Source: Mobula hypostoma
Lineage: Eukaryota
Reading direction: 5' to 3'
Length of the DNA stretch: 64,000 nt
NCBI RefSeq assembly: GCF_963921235.1
Contig: NC_086097.1
Span: 48,796,001 to 48,860,000 of the forward strand
Part shown: in pieces, positions 1 to 11,871 of the stretch
Layout of the letters: every line of letters begins with the position of its first letter
Numbering within the stretch: the first letter of the stretch is position 1
Position numbers and translations under genes: made by a program
The notes under the pieces: generated by a model
Database searches by the model: none
The model's input: the letters and a program-made list of their open reading frames with translations, nothing else
Told to the model about the DNA's origin: nothing

Positions 1-430
1 ATGCCTTATGAAAACAGGTTGAGTGAACCTGGCCTTTTCTCCTTGGAGCGACAGAGGATGAGAGGTGACCTGATAGAGGTGTATAACATGATGAGAGGCA
101 TTGATCATGCGGATAGTCAGAGGCTTTTTCCCCAGGGCTGAAATGGTTGCCACAAGAGGACACAGGTTTAAGGTGCTGGGGAGTAGCTACAGAGGAGATG
201 TCAGGGGTAAGTTTTTTACTCAGAGAGTGGTGAGTGCATGGGATAGGCTGCCGGCAATGGTGGTGGAGGTGGATACGGCAGAGTCTTTCAAGAGACTTTT
301 GGATAGGTACATGGAGCTTAGAAAAATAGAGGGCTATGGGTAACCCTAGTAATTTCTAAGGTAGGTTCATGATCGGCACAACTTTGTGGGCCAAAGGGCC
401 TGTATAGACTGTAGGTTTTCTATGTTTCTA
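1..430 (+). mobile_element. CR1 LINE 3' end (RT C-terminus + 3' UTR)
   Basis: Translates to RGHRFKV...FFTQRVVSAWDRLP...FKRLLDRYM, the CR1 ORF2 C-terminus; ends in a ttctatgtttcta tail; near-identical to 5170-5678. Confidence 0.9.
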
Positions 431-1489
431 AAGATTGGCAGAAAGATCATTTGAAGGAAAGTCAACTATGATAAAATAAATGTACCAGGTTTTCAATTGA
501 GGCAAGCAACTCATGACTATTTGAAAGTCAAATCTCAGAGAGCCTGGCAATGGATAAGCTGCTCTGAATGAATAACATTTAAGGTTAGATATGGAAAGAG
601 ATTTTGAGTTGCTTAAATGCTATTTTTTCTTCTTATATGCTGCTGTCAAGGAAACTGACCTAGTTCGAAGAAGTCACTGTGGCTACACACAGTAAAATAA
701 CCTGCAATTTAATTCCAGGTACCTTCTATGAAAATCAAATGACAAAATATTTCTCTGCACAAGTGATAGTACGATATTTTTATTGCTGTTTTATAGTGGT
801 GTCATCTTCAGCACCTCAATATCCTATTGATCTTTATAAAGAAAGATGAAAGGTACAGACAATTTCAGACTAAAAGATTATGTTTGCATTGATGGATAGC
901 AGCATTGCCAAGTGCACTGGTCTTCCTCTTTATTCATAATAACTGTGTCAGCAACACTTAAATAGTCATAATATTGGTGAAGTCTAACAATATTCTTTAT
1001 GTTCAGTCTCAGAAAGGAAATTCCACAACTAAGTATGCCAACGAGATGATAATTCTTGACACTTCTGATGTAAAATATGCAAAAAATTGATGTCTGGATG
1101 ACCAGACTCACCTACTCAGATGGTTCAAGCCTAAATGGTTCTCACACCAATGAAATACGCAAAATTTAAGAAAGGTCTTCATTGGTGAACTACTTAAATA
1201 ATTTGCTAAATGTGCTGGCAAGGTGATGCCAGTTTCTCACATGTAATACCGCAAGGAGGATTTCCTCCTCTATTTTGCTGATGTGTCACACACCTTGGTT
1301 TCATTTATTTAAGTTACATAACTCATGACACCACAGCAAAATGCCCTTACTCCTGCTTCATGTTAGGGGAGATGACTTTCGGAGATCAGTTTAAAATAAA
1401 ACTTGATTTTTGGAGTGTGCTGAAGCCGTGACTGCTAGAAATGACTATGGAACCCTTGAAGGAGGTCATTTCAAGGGTTTGGTCAGATA

Positions 1490-1860
1490 ATGAGTGGCAG
1501 GGTGGAGATACGGCTCTAATAAAGGAGGTGTAAGGTGCTCCTTCCCTCCACTAGCCTACAGGTCACCCTTGGGCAAGATGTAGCACCTGCTTAGCCCTCC
1601 CCCCCCCCCTCAAATGGGAGCAGGTGGTGGATGGTCATATGAGCAGCTGGCGCACATCACAAGTCCTGGTTATGTGACCACTGATACTGGGCAGACAATC
1701 TCTGAAGAGTATTGATAATGGCTGGTGTCACCCATCTTGTAAAGACACTTCCTAGAAGAAGGCAAAGGCAAAGCAATTCTGTAGGAAAATTTGCCAAGAA
1801 CAACGATGGTCATGGACCATGATCACCAACATCATATGACATGCACATAGTAATGATGAT
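1490..1860 (+). mobile_element. RTE/BovB-related SINE-like repeat
   Basis: Contains gaagaaggcaaaggcaaagcaattctgtag...tttgccaagaa, resembling the RTE/Bov-A-type gaaggcaatggcaaaccac 3' motif; ends in a (GAT)n tail; family assignment from memory. Confidence 0.45.
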
Positions 1861-2009
1861 GGTCACACAAAGCTAAAGTACCACAAGGAGCTAATATCCT
1901 TTCCCATTGAGGGCTAAATAAACAGGTGGCAAGCTGAGATGAAGGGTGGACAAATACAACAGCAAGAACTTCAGCAAGACTACATGGCAACTGAGGATGA
2001 GTCCTGGCT

Positions 2010-2638
2010 CTCAGCCTAAAGGGATCACCAGGGTTGGCTTAATGCAGCTGGAAGGCTTAGTTCACCTTAAATAAAGTAATATAAAATTAAGAGAGGCTAG
2101 GGAGTTCTGCCAGGACTTTTGTTTAAAAACAAGGCATTTCTTAACCAGAATTTGTTATGTGCCTCCAGGAGGGTTTCTTAAATCAATATGTAGATAGTCC
2201 AAGAAGAGCAGGGACTGTACTACATCTGTTGTGGGGTAATGAACCTGGCCAGGTGACTGACCTTTCAGCGTGTGAGCAGCTAGCAAGCAGTCACCTCAAC
2301 AGTAAGCTTTGAGTAGCTATAAATAAGGATAAATATAGACCTTACAGAACAATTGGAAATTGAAACAGGGTAAATTATGACAGCATTAGACAGGATCTAG
2401 GGAGAGATCATTGGAAGCAGCTGTTTTTGGGCAAGTCCACATCCGATATGTGGAAGGTGCTTAAAGACCAACTGCACCGAGTACAGGACAGGTATGTTCT
2501 GGTCAGAAGGACAAGGATGACAAGCAAGAGAACCTTGAATGTTGAGAGTGGTAACTAATTTAGTCAAGAAAAAGGAAAAGTATGTAAAAGAAGTTAGGAA
2601 GTTAGAATGAAACAAAGCCCTTGAGGATTATAAAGAAA
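2010..2638 (+). mobile_element. Degenerate CR1 ORF2 (endonuclease-to-RT linker), 5' part; interrupted by the Gypsy element
   Basis: Similar to 23040-23510 of the long CR1 (ggtaatgaacctggccaggtgactgacctttcag); continues at 4686. Confidence 0.75.
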
Positions 2639-3359
2639 CCCTCAGAGAGTTTCAAATGAGTTAACCATCAAGGGAGCGAGGGTAACAGTTCTTAATGGTT
2701 ATTTTGTTGAGTCCACAGTAGTCGATGCAGAGATGGAGACAAAGAAAAATCCTGCACCAGCTGGGGAACTGTGATGGTTGAATGAAGCTGTGCTGTAGTG
2801 CTTCGGAGATGTAGTCCTTTATGACATGGGTCTCAGGAGGGGAGAGGGAGAACAAACAACTTCAAGGAGGGTGACTGAGTGCACAGTCATGTGGTCCGTG
2901 AGGCAGCAGGGTGCTGGCATCCCCTCTACTAAGGTGATGGCAAGGTTGTGGCGTGCCTGTGGGAGTTTAGTGAGGTCAAAGGTTTCCTCTGCCTTTACAG
3001 GCTTAGGTCACGAGGTTGCAGACAGGTGGTCCTGCTGGAGGGTTCCCAACACAGCAGTGAACTGGATGACAAGGGGAAGTGAGGGTTGTGAGTGGAGAGC
3101 CAGGGGTAACACAGGGTGAAAGGAGTGCTGAGTGAGTCCACAAGGAGGAACTGGACGGACACTGTGCTCTCAGAAGTGCACATACACAGGTCTTGTGTGC
3201 GCTCTGACAATCCCAGACACCAAGGGATGTCCATCAATGGCCATGATGTGGAAAGGGTGTGAGAGAGGCTTGGTAGGGAGTCCAAGCTATGCACAGTCTT
3301 GTCCAGAAAGTTGCCTGCTGCGCTGGAATCCACTAGAGCTCGTGTGCACATAGAGCAGT

Positions 3360-3363
<4 letters not shown>

Positions 3364-3417
<54 letters not shown>

Positions 3418-3443
3418 AGGGGGTGGGGGAGAGAGAGAGAGAG
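3364..3443. repeat. (GT)n microsatellite followed by short (GA)n, inside the Gypsy gag-pro junction
   Basis: Pure GT run 3364-3416 and GA run about 3429-3443. Confidence 0.95.
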
Positions 3444-4363
3444 ATTCATTGATTCTGTGGTGCTAGAACGAGAGGTCAGGGGTGGTTGGTGGGGGGACCA
3501 TACCAGACAGAAGGCCCCTCATTTCTACCTGGTGGTGCCATTTCCTGAACGCAGTCGACATTTGATGAGTAAGTGATCTACTGCTCCACCGATGCTCATG
3601 TTCTTGGCGGTTGAGGGAGCTCTCACTACCTGTGGGGTTCTGGAGGCTTTGCAGATGAGGGACCTTCAGTCTGAAATGGTTCCGGGAACAGAACTGGGAT
3701 TTCGGCTGGAGATCTGGAAAGTCATACTATAAGACACTTGTCCACACAGAGAGCCGGAGTGATGAGGCTTTTGAGGTCAGTGAACATCTCCTGGCTCATC
3801 TTTCAGGTGCTCCTAGAGGCCATTCCGGTAATGGGCCAGCAGCACTTTTGCATTCCAGCGGCGCTCTGCTGTGAGAGGCCTGAATTCCATGGTGTAATCC
3901 AGCACTGAGTGCGAGCCTCCATACAGGCAACGTATCCAATCTGCTGCCTCCCTTCCACTTCCTGGATGGTCAAAAACACTGCGCACCTCAGCGGTGAATA
4001 CCTCATATTTAGTGCAGATTGTGATTTTATTCTCCCAGTTAGCAACACCACTGGTCAGAGCCCACCCAGTCTACCTGACTCAGTCCGTGGAATACAGAGA
4101 TAGCTGCACCTGAGAGTGCATGGCATACTTGGACAGGAAGATGCAGAGTTGGATTGGGGATCAATCGAAGCGTTCAGGCACCAGAATCCGGGGCTCCAAG
4201 GAGGTTGACGAGCGTGGGGATGCCGTAATGAGACGAAGAGTAGGTTGAGAGTGGCGCGCAGATGGTCAATGGTTTCTTGCTGCCTCTGGATCATCCTCAT
4301 TGGGGCAGATGACTTCCTTTAAGTAAGGAAACTCTGTTGGGTCAAAGACTGGTTCACTCATCC

Positions 4364-4685
4364 TATCAGAAAATGTAGGGGGGCCTTGGCCCAAACACAG
4401 TGCAGCGGAAACAATTCAGCGGAGCACGATCACTTTAATAAACTGCAAAATAACAAGCCTCAAGGGGCTACAAAAGAAGAAACTGGATACTTATCACAAT
4501 AAGCCAACAAGGTAACTAAAGGCTAGGAGTAACTGGTTGAGGACAGCTAGTTCATATGAGTGAACAAGAATTGTGGACGAGAAGCAATTTCAAATAAGCT
4601 GCAGGTGATGAGTTGGAAACTAATGGCAGGAGGCTCTTGTTAGCTGTGTGGAGACTGGGAGGCGCCTGTCTGTGAAGGCCTGACA
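4364..4685 (-). repeat. 5' LTR of the Gypsy element (about 322 bp)
   Basis: Starts TGTCA on the minus strand (plus tgaca 4681-4685) and ends at a decayed TGATA (plus tatca 4364-4368), about 20 nt before the gag start. Confidence 0.7.
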
Positions 4686-5169
4686 GAAACCAGAAAAGAG
4701 CTCAAGAAGGGAATTAGGAAGGCCAGGAGAGGCCATGAAAAGTCCTTCCCAATTAGGATTAAAGAGAATCCTAAGGCATTCTATGTACACCATACATCAA
4801 GAGCAAGGGGATAACCAGGGAGAGGGCAGGACCATTTAAGGATACAGGTAGGACATTTTCTTAGATGCAGAGAGTGTTGTTTAGATCCTTAATGAATACT
4901 TTGCATCAGTATTTAGAAGGACGTGTGCCGATCGTGTTTTTGTGCCAGAGTTCTTTGTGGAAAGGGAGGAGGTGGTATTGGCTCTCTTAACGAGCATTAA
5001 CGTGGCTAAAATGCCAGGCCTGATGGGAGATAGCCCAGGTTACTGAGACAGGCAAGAGAAGAGATTGCTGAGGCCTTGACCAATGTCTTCATTTCCTCTC
5101 TAGCTACAGGCGTGGTCCTGGAGGGCTAGTGAGTAGTTAATGTTGTTCTGTTATTCAAGAAGGGAACCA
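4686..5169 (+). mobile_element. Degenerate CR1 ORF2, continuation of 2010-2638
   Basis: Resumes gaaaccagaaaagagctcaagaagggaattagg, colinear with 23515-24020 of the long CR1. Confidence 0.75.
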
Positions 5170-5678
5170 GGAAGGATATGGAAACTATAGAAAGGGTGCA
5201 GAGGAGATTTACAAGGATGTTGCCTGGATTGGGAAGCATGCCTTATGAGAATAGGTTGAGTGAGCTCGGCCTTTTCCCCTTGGAATGATGGAGGATGAGA
5301 GGTGACCTGATAAAGGTGTATAAGATGATGAGAGGTATTGATCGTGTGGATAGTCAGAGGCTTTTTCCCAGGGCTGAAATGACTAACATGAGAGGGCACA
5401 GTTTTAAGGTGCTTGGAAGAAGATACAGAGGAGATGTCGGGGCTAAGTTTTTTTTAAGCAAAGAGTGGTGAGTGCGTGGAATGGGCTGCCGGCAACGGTG
5501 GTGGAGGTGGATATGATAGGTCTTTTAAGAGACTCCTGGATAGGTACAAGGAGCTTAGAAAAATCGAGGGCTATGGGTAACTCTAGGTAATTTCTAAAGT
5601 AAGTACATGTTCAGCGCAGCATTGTGGGCCGAAGGGCCTGTATTGTGCTGTAGGGTTTCTATGTTTTCGCTGTTTCTA
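5170..5678 (+). mobile_element. CR1 LINE 3' end, 5'-truncated
   Basis: ERVQRRFTRMLPGL-type coding remnant plus the same 3' UTR as 1-430. Confidence 0.9.
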
Positions 5679-5679
5679 T

Positions 5680-6543
5680 ATTTATTTTTTTTCTTTTGTA
5701 TTTGCACAGTTCGTTGCCTTTTGCGTATTGGTTGTTTGTCCATCCTGTTGGATGTGGTCCTTTATTGATTCTATTATGTTTCTTGGATTTACTGTATATA
5801 GCCGTATGAAAATGAATCTTGGGGTTGTTTCTGGTGACATATTTGTACTTTGATAATAAATTTACTTTGAACTCTATCTGTACCTCCATAAACTTACAAA
5901 CTTCAATCAGGTCTCCACTCCACTGCCACTCCAGAGGAAACAACCCAAGTTTGTCCAATCTCTCTTGACAGCATATGCACTCTAATCCAGGCAGCATCCT
6001 GGTAAACCTTTTCTGAACCCCCACCAAAGCCTTTAATGGGCCAGTCTCCCAATGAGGACTGGCCCATGAACTTCTGGTTTCCTCCTCCTGAAGTCAATAA
6101 TAATCTCCTTGGTCTTGCTGACATCGAGTGAGAAGTGGTTGTGGCACCACGCAACCAGCTTTTCAATCTCCCTCCAATATGCTGATTTGTTACCAGAACA
6201 TAGGACAATATCGTTTTCTGAGTTGAAATCTCAGAGAGCATGCTTTTAAGGTGTGAGGGGGGTAATTTCAAAAGAGATATGAGGGACAAATTCTCTTTAT
6301 ACACAGAGTGGTGGGCACCTGGAATGTGCTGCCTCGGGTAAAGGTAGAGGTAGAAACATTAGGGATAATGTTTAAGATACGTTTAGATAGGCACATGAAT
6401 ATGAGGAAAATAGAAGGATAAGGATATTGTGCAGGCAGAAGAGATCAGTTTAGTTACCCATTTGATTACTAATTTAATTGGGCTTGGCACAACATTGAGG
6501 CCCGAAGGGACTGTTCTTGTGCCTGTCCTGTTGTATGTTCTGT
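5680..6543. mobile_element. Jumbled Rex1/Babar and CR1 fragments
   Basis: Rex-type 3' UTR (+, 5680-5875, ending aataaatttactttgaact), CR1 RT piece (-, 5875-6035), Rex RT piece (-, 6040-6195), CR1 3' end (+, 6215-6543). Confidence 0.7.
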
Positions 6544-7399
6544 GGGAGTGAATAGGAGTATGGTTAGGAGTGATGGGTTAATGGGGCTGGTTGTCAGTCT
6601 TGTTTCTTGCTTTTTGACAACTATATTGAAATGTAAATCATGTTATTGAGTATGAGAAGAAAGCAAATGTGATTTTCATTAACCAAGAGTATTTTAAATA
6701 TGAAAGACAAATTTCATTTTTCTGATAGCTCAGTGACTGCTTGCTCTTCTGCGTGCTTTATTTCACACTAGAACTTTTATGCTGCTGCTAAATAAACTTC
6801 AAATTGATATAAGTTTCAAGGGCAACAGCCAACAAGATAAACACTCATCCAAACATTGCTCACCAGTAATAACAACATCATTACTTCAAGCTTGTAAATT
6901 CTCACTGACAGTTCCTTATGATGAAGCCACAAGAAAAACATTGCCCTCTTTAGATTTGCGGTCCCAAGATATGCACTAAGTAGGAATGTAGTGCTATAAA
7001 ATTACCATGGGTACATCATCTAAATCCCCAGGTTCCAGGATGGAAAGGAGGATCACTGATCTCTGATTAAAGTGCCAGGCAACTCTTATCATTCTGTCAT
7101 ATTTCAAACTCCCACCTCTCTCAGGGATAAGGCAAAAGAAGATGTAATGTTTAAATGCATACAACAAAATAGCAAATATTATGAAATATAATGATCACTG
7201 ACGGTGTCTTAATTTTAAAATGTAAATAATTCAGTTCCAAAGGACAGATGCAGTGTGGATCTGCCAGGAAAGCTGGAATTGTCACTGTGCCCTTGTTGCA
7301 GGAATAGGTTTTGAGATAAGTTTGTGAGAGGGTGAGTTTTTTCCCACTACACCAAGCCATTGATTTAAAGGGATGAATTAACAGTCAGCATTTTGGATT

Positions 7400-7492
7400 C
7401 CTGTCCTTAGATGCTACATGACCTGCTGGGTTCCTTCAGCATTTTGTGTATGTTACTCTGGATTTCCAGCATCTGCAGAATTGCTTGTGTTA
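7400..7492 (+). mobile_element. Penelope-derived 3' terminal fragment, diverged
   Basis: agatgct...gacctgctg...tttccagcatctgcagaatt resembles the terminus of the 28.6-30.2 kb element. Confidence 0.6.
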
Positions 7493-7635
7493 CTGATTTC
7501 AGAATGGGTAACAGGAACTCCTTCATTAAGAAGCTTCAATAAAAATGTTCTCCTTGACTCAGGACTCAGCATGAAACAGCAGTCCAATCAGGAATAAGCT
7601 CCATCCCTATGCTGTTTTTTTAGTATATTGAAAAA

Positions 7636-8729
7636 TCTATATACAACTAAAACTCTCGTGCTTTGCTTGTCTGTTTGTGACCTCCAATTAGCGCAAACAG
7701 TGCATTACAGTGGCACTTTTTTTTGGCTAAATCGAATTAAAATGCGCCAACTTACAGAAAGCAGGCAAAGTTCAGGGTTATATATTTGTATAAAATTGCT
7801 CATTCGCCAAAATAAACAGGCTCCCTTTTAACCTGAGACCCAATTGGCCATCATGGAAATTGGGATGCGACAGCCCGACGCATGCGCACGGCCAGCCTCA
7901 GCAGTGACACCTACCGGAGCAAAAGGGCAAGGCAGCTCTATTTCGCAGGGTCACATTCTGCTAATCACCATCAGCATGTACAGGATTGGGACAGATCTAA
8001 CTGCCACCCATCAATAAGAGATAATTAAATCTTATTGCAATGATGTACTTCCAGACACCCATAAAACCCTTTGCTGCAGTCAAAGGACAGCGATGACTAT
8101 ATCACGTCCATTTAGGAGAACGCCAGCCACATCATCAAGAATAATCAGCATCCTTTGGTGTTACTGCTTCGTATTTTCTATCCAGCATTAGGGTAAAAAA
8201 AAGGTCAGCCTAATTATGCTGCGTGGAAAGGGAAGGGGGACAATATGGTCAAGAGATGATGCCAAACGTCGTCGGGAAGCGGCAAGGAGAGGGAGAGAAC
8301 AAGAATCAGATGAGGCCAGGGCCACACGACTCCAGGATCAAAGAGTCAGGACAAAAAAAGATGAGAGAAGAAGAGACAGAGGAGGAGAGGCATGCACGTC
8401 TCCAGGATCAGAGACAAACAACAAACAGCAGAACAGATGAAGAGACCGAGAATGAAAGGACTGCATGTCTCCAGAATCACAACGAGAGGCACAGGGGTGG
8501 CAGATAAATCAGAAATAATGCCATCAAAAGGGTCCTTCGTTAAAGGAGGAGCAGCTATATCTGCTTTGCCACACGTCGTTCTTCTTTAATAAACTGAGGT
8601 TTTCTACTTCAGTTTCCAAAGCAAAGCGATACCAATAGCATTCAGGAAAACTTAATGTTCATTCTGGTCACATCAGACTGCACTACCCTTCTTTGAAAGG
8701 GTGCCCCAACGGGTCAGCCTGTTGTCTAG
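7636..8729 (+). mobile_element. Non-autonomous Helitron (1094 bp)
   Basis: 5' TC (A|TCTATATAC), 3' CTAG|T at 8726-8729, subterminal hairpin caacggg-tcag-cctgttg (8707-8724), inserted between A and T without a TSD; carries a repeat-encoding ORF remnant. Confidence 0.8.
8216..8507 (+). pseudogene. Frameshifted ORF remnant with three 23-aa E(S/T)xExRxxRLQxQ repeats (STPR-like), probable RepHel N-terminus
   Basis: ESDEARATRLQDQR, ETEEERHARLQDQR and ETENERTACLQNHN; the nucleotide motif ctccag(g/a)atca recurs at 69-70 bp spacing; frameshift in the A-run at about 8353-8359. Confidence 0.6.
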
Positions 8730-9919
8730 TATCATATAAGTGCAAGATTATTGATATCACTGGAAACAATTTTTTAAAAAGTTCAGCACAATAAGTTTGT
8801 GTGATTACAGCAAGAACAATAAATTAGAGGGCTCTTTGAAGCTTAAAAACTTCTGCTACTGAGTTTACCGGAAATAAAGTATATATCTTGCTTTAGGACG
8901 GACAATGAACTGTTAATTAGTGTTAAAATAAACTCCTGGTTTTATTGTTGAGTCTCCTTCATGATTGTCCCTTGGTTGCAGTGAGTTTAATTTTTGGATT
9001 ACATGAGAATTTATGAAGTATTCTTTGATTTTGTGTTCCCCTCTTTTGACTTACTTGTCAGAGGAGGGAAGTCAGGAGAATCCAAGAGGACGATTCAAAG
9101 GCAGAAAATATTCGGATCTTTCTGCTGATATCCAGCTATGTGAGTATAAGGATCCAGATGATCATTCATCAATGTTTCCACAGAGAGTGTCAGGTGCCTC
9201 CTTGGTAATGTGTACACAGCGTGTCCAGCTACAACGAGCCTCTGAAGCCCTCAACCATGGAGAACCCTCTCGGAAACTTACCGTTGAAAGTTGTTGCAGG
9301 GTTTTCATTAGCTACAGGTCCTCTCCGAGCATTTGTGTTTTTATAACAAACTTCCAGCCAGACCACCTTTATCAAAATGCTCAACAAGCCTAGATATTTC
9401 TTTGTGTAAGTCCTTCATTCCAAATTATCAGTTCCTCCTTTAACTTAATGTCTCTGAACCAGACACTGCAAGTGAGAAGGTAGACAGATGAGCCAGGCAG
9501 CCATTACAGGGAATGCCAGTGTAAGCCACATGTGGCTACCGACTCATCTACCTCTGCCTCTGCTGCATGAGTTGAATAAGTTCCCAGCATATACCTTGAT
9601 CCCCCACCCCACCTCTTCTTTCTTCTGATGGCCTACCTTTCTCTGGAATTGTGCACAACACTTTTTTAACCCACTATTATCAGTGTTAAACTGTTTAAAT
9701 CTCATTACTTCCCTTATGTAATTGCCACAAATGTAATAAGATTTCAGAAGATATATATACATTGCAGGCTGCTACCTCATTTATTAGAAGCCTTTCATGA
9801 CTCACAGGGAATATTAATAGATATATTAATATTTTTGCAGCACATAAGAAATGTACATTACCTGCAGTTTGAAATGATTACACTTCTGTTCTCTGGAACT
9901 TACGGTGCCATTAAATTCA

Positions 9920-10250
9920 TTGATGGACTGTGAACATCACTGTACAAGTCAGCATTTATAGTCCATCCTTGAATATCCTGAACTGAGGAGGCCATTAAGA
10001 GTCAACCACATTGGCGGTTTGGTGTCACTTATGGGTCAGGCCTGTTAAGGGCAGCAGATTTGCTTCTCTGAAGGACATTAGAGAAGGTGATTATGCTTTT
10101 ACAATCCAGCAGTTTCATGGTTCTTATTGTCAGCCGCGATGAATTACTTAAATTTAAATTCCCCAACTGCTATGGTGGGATTTCAGCTCATGTCTTCAGA
10201 ATTAATGAACAGAGTTTGGCTGTAGGTATGGTAACTGAACTGCTACATTA
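9920..10250 (-). mobile_element. Old CR1/L2-like LINE 3' remnant
   Basis: cagcatttatagtccatcctt resembles the reverse complement of the old LINE tails at 33090-33190 and 54390-54510; heavily diverged. Confidence 0.45.
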
Positions 10251-10892
10251 CCGCAACATGAAGTCAAATAAGGGGATAGAGCAGTCTGCATATGTCTTGA
10301 AAGTTCAGTCCCCAAAGGGATTTCATGAAAACTCTGGGGATTAGAGGGTTTCCACTCTAGCTGAGGCACATCTTTAAAATGGCATTTTTGGTCATTCTAT
10401 CCCTATCACTGCCATGTTTGCATTCCCCTGTCCTCTCATGGCTAATCCTCTGGGTGCTTTACTTTCCTCCTGTTGTTTGTTCCTGATGGAGTGTGTATTC
10501 ACAAACTGTACACTGATGCGTCACTTCAAATACTCGTTGCAATGGTGCTCACACCTTTTCCTGGTCTTTCAGCCACATCCCAGCAGCTTTTGTTGGATCC
10601 TTTCCCAAGCCCATCAAAAGTACATAACTTCTCCCCTGGATATCAAAAAGCGAGGACGGAGGGGCTCCTGTTCCGAGGGCAGGACATAGAGCTTAGAATT
10701 CCAAGGACTGATCAGCACATGTCAGCACATCAGCTCTTCAATAGAGACTAAGTTAATGTATGGTCCACATTCAGTTTGCTACTTACCAGACCCTGTTGCA
10801 GTGGGAGGAGAAAGCTGAGAGACAAAGGCAGCACATGAACCACTTTCACCCCGAGTCCTCGGCTGAGAACTACTATTGATCAGCCTACTGAT

Positions 10893-11070
10893 GGATAGAG
10901 TCAAATGGCATAGAAACTGTCCAACTGCTCCATACTGATCAAAGTTCCTATCTGAGCTCATCATATTTGCCTGCGTTTAGCCCATAGCCCTTTAAACTTC
11001 CCTCTACATGTATCTGTCAAGTGTTTTTTGTATGTTCTTAATTTATCTGCCTCAACCACCTCCTCTGCCA
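10893..11070 (-). mobile_element. Old CR1 3' end
   Basis: cccatagccctttaaacttccctctacatgtatctgtcaagtg is the reverse complement of a CR1 RT C-terminus and tail. Confidence 0.6.
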
Positions 11071-11871
11071 CGTGAAGCTGAAGGTAGATGTCTGGAATAT
11101 TGTCCATACTTGTTTAAAAGCTGAGAAATCTAGAAGCATGGGGATGTCCACCTTTCATCTTGGCTCTGGATGCTAATGGCAGGAAAGGCTTTGGGGTTGT
11201 CATGAACTCCAGCAATCTATCCCACAACTGAGTATTGATATCCTTCTATAGAGACGCAACATTGGGGTGATAAGTGAAAACCTGTTGAGATTTTTTACCC
11301 AAAATGTGTTCTAGGAATATGAATTAGAGAACAGTTTATTTAAAAAAAAAACAAAATTCTCTTTCCACGTATTGAAAGCCCTGTGCATTCTGCTGGAGAT
11401 AAGAAATGCAGCCCTTGTCTATCTTGTCATTTCTGCACTGACCCAAGAGAGCTAATTTATTTGCTGGTGTAAACCAAATTACTGTTTTAAAAAATGCTCA
11501 TTTGGTAATGGAGTGACGAGCTAATTATTCATAGTGAAGACAGCTACAATGTCACACACTAAATGAAAGCACTTGGTGCACACCATCTCTTGGCTCGTCT
11601 TTACTGACACATCTGAATTGTCTAGATCTAGTTAAAAGGTGAAGCTTTAATCTCATTCCTGAAGGATAATGATTATTGATGCATTGACTTTTTGGTGGTG
11701 GGGCTACTGAAGGATTAGAGATAGCTTTCATTGTGTAACAAAATACAGCTACACAGCAAGGAAGAAAGCTTCTGAGAGAGCACCTTTTCCAATTTTCAAA
11801 TCTGGGGTTTTATCTTATCCCTTAATTATTTGTAACATAGAAGGTAAAAATCACGGTAAGGTAAATCACTA

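Larger units (their letters stand above)
2639..4685 (-). mobile_element. Ty3/Gypsy (sushi-like) LTR retrotransposon, 3'-truncated within RT
   Basis: Minus strand: LTR, decayed gag start (gacccaacagag, MDPA-like), gag remnants (LLTGR), protease ALVDSSAAGNFLD (about 3340), RT start LSPPE..IKDYISEAL...LCIDYCGLNKITIKNCYP; many stops and frameshifts. Confidence 0.85.

Noticed and set aside
3364..3576. Cys-Val repeat ORF
   Set aside because: Translation of a (GT)n microsatellite
2661..4340. Domesticated sushi-derived gene (PEG10/RTL-like)
   Set aside because: Many stops and frameshifts, a microsatellite inside, LTR still attached, and nested in a CR1
8300..8500. CRISPR-like or other spaced repeat array
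   Set aside because: The units are degenerate coding repeats in a eukaryotic context, with no constant repeat and unique spacer pattern; I saw no such array elsewhere in the window
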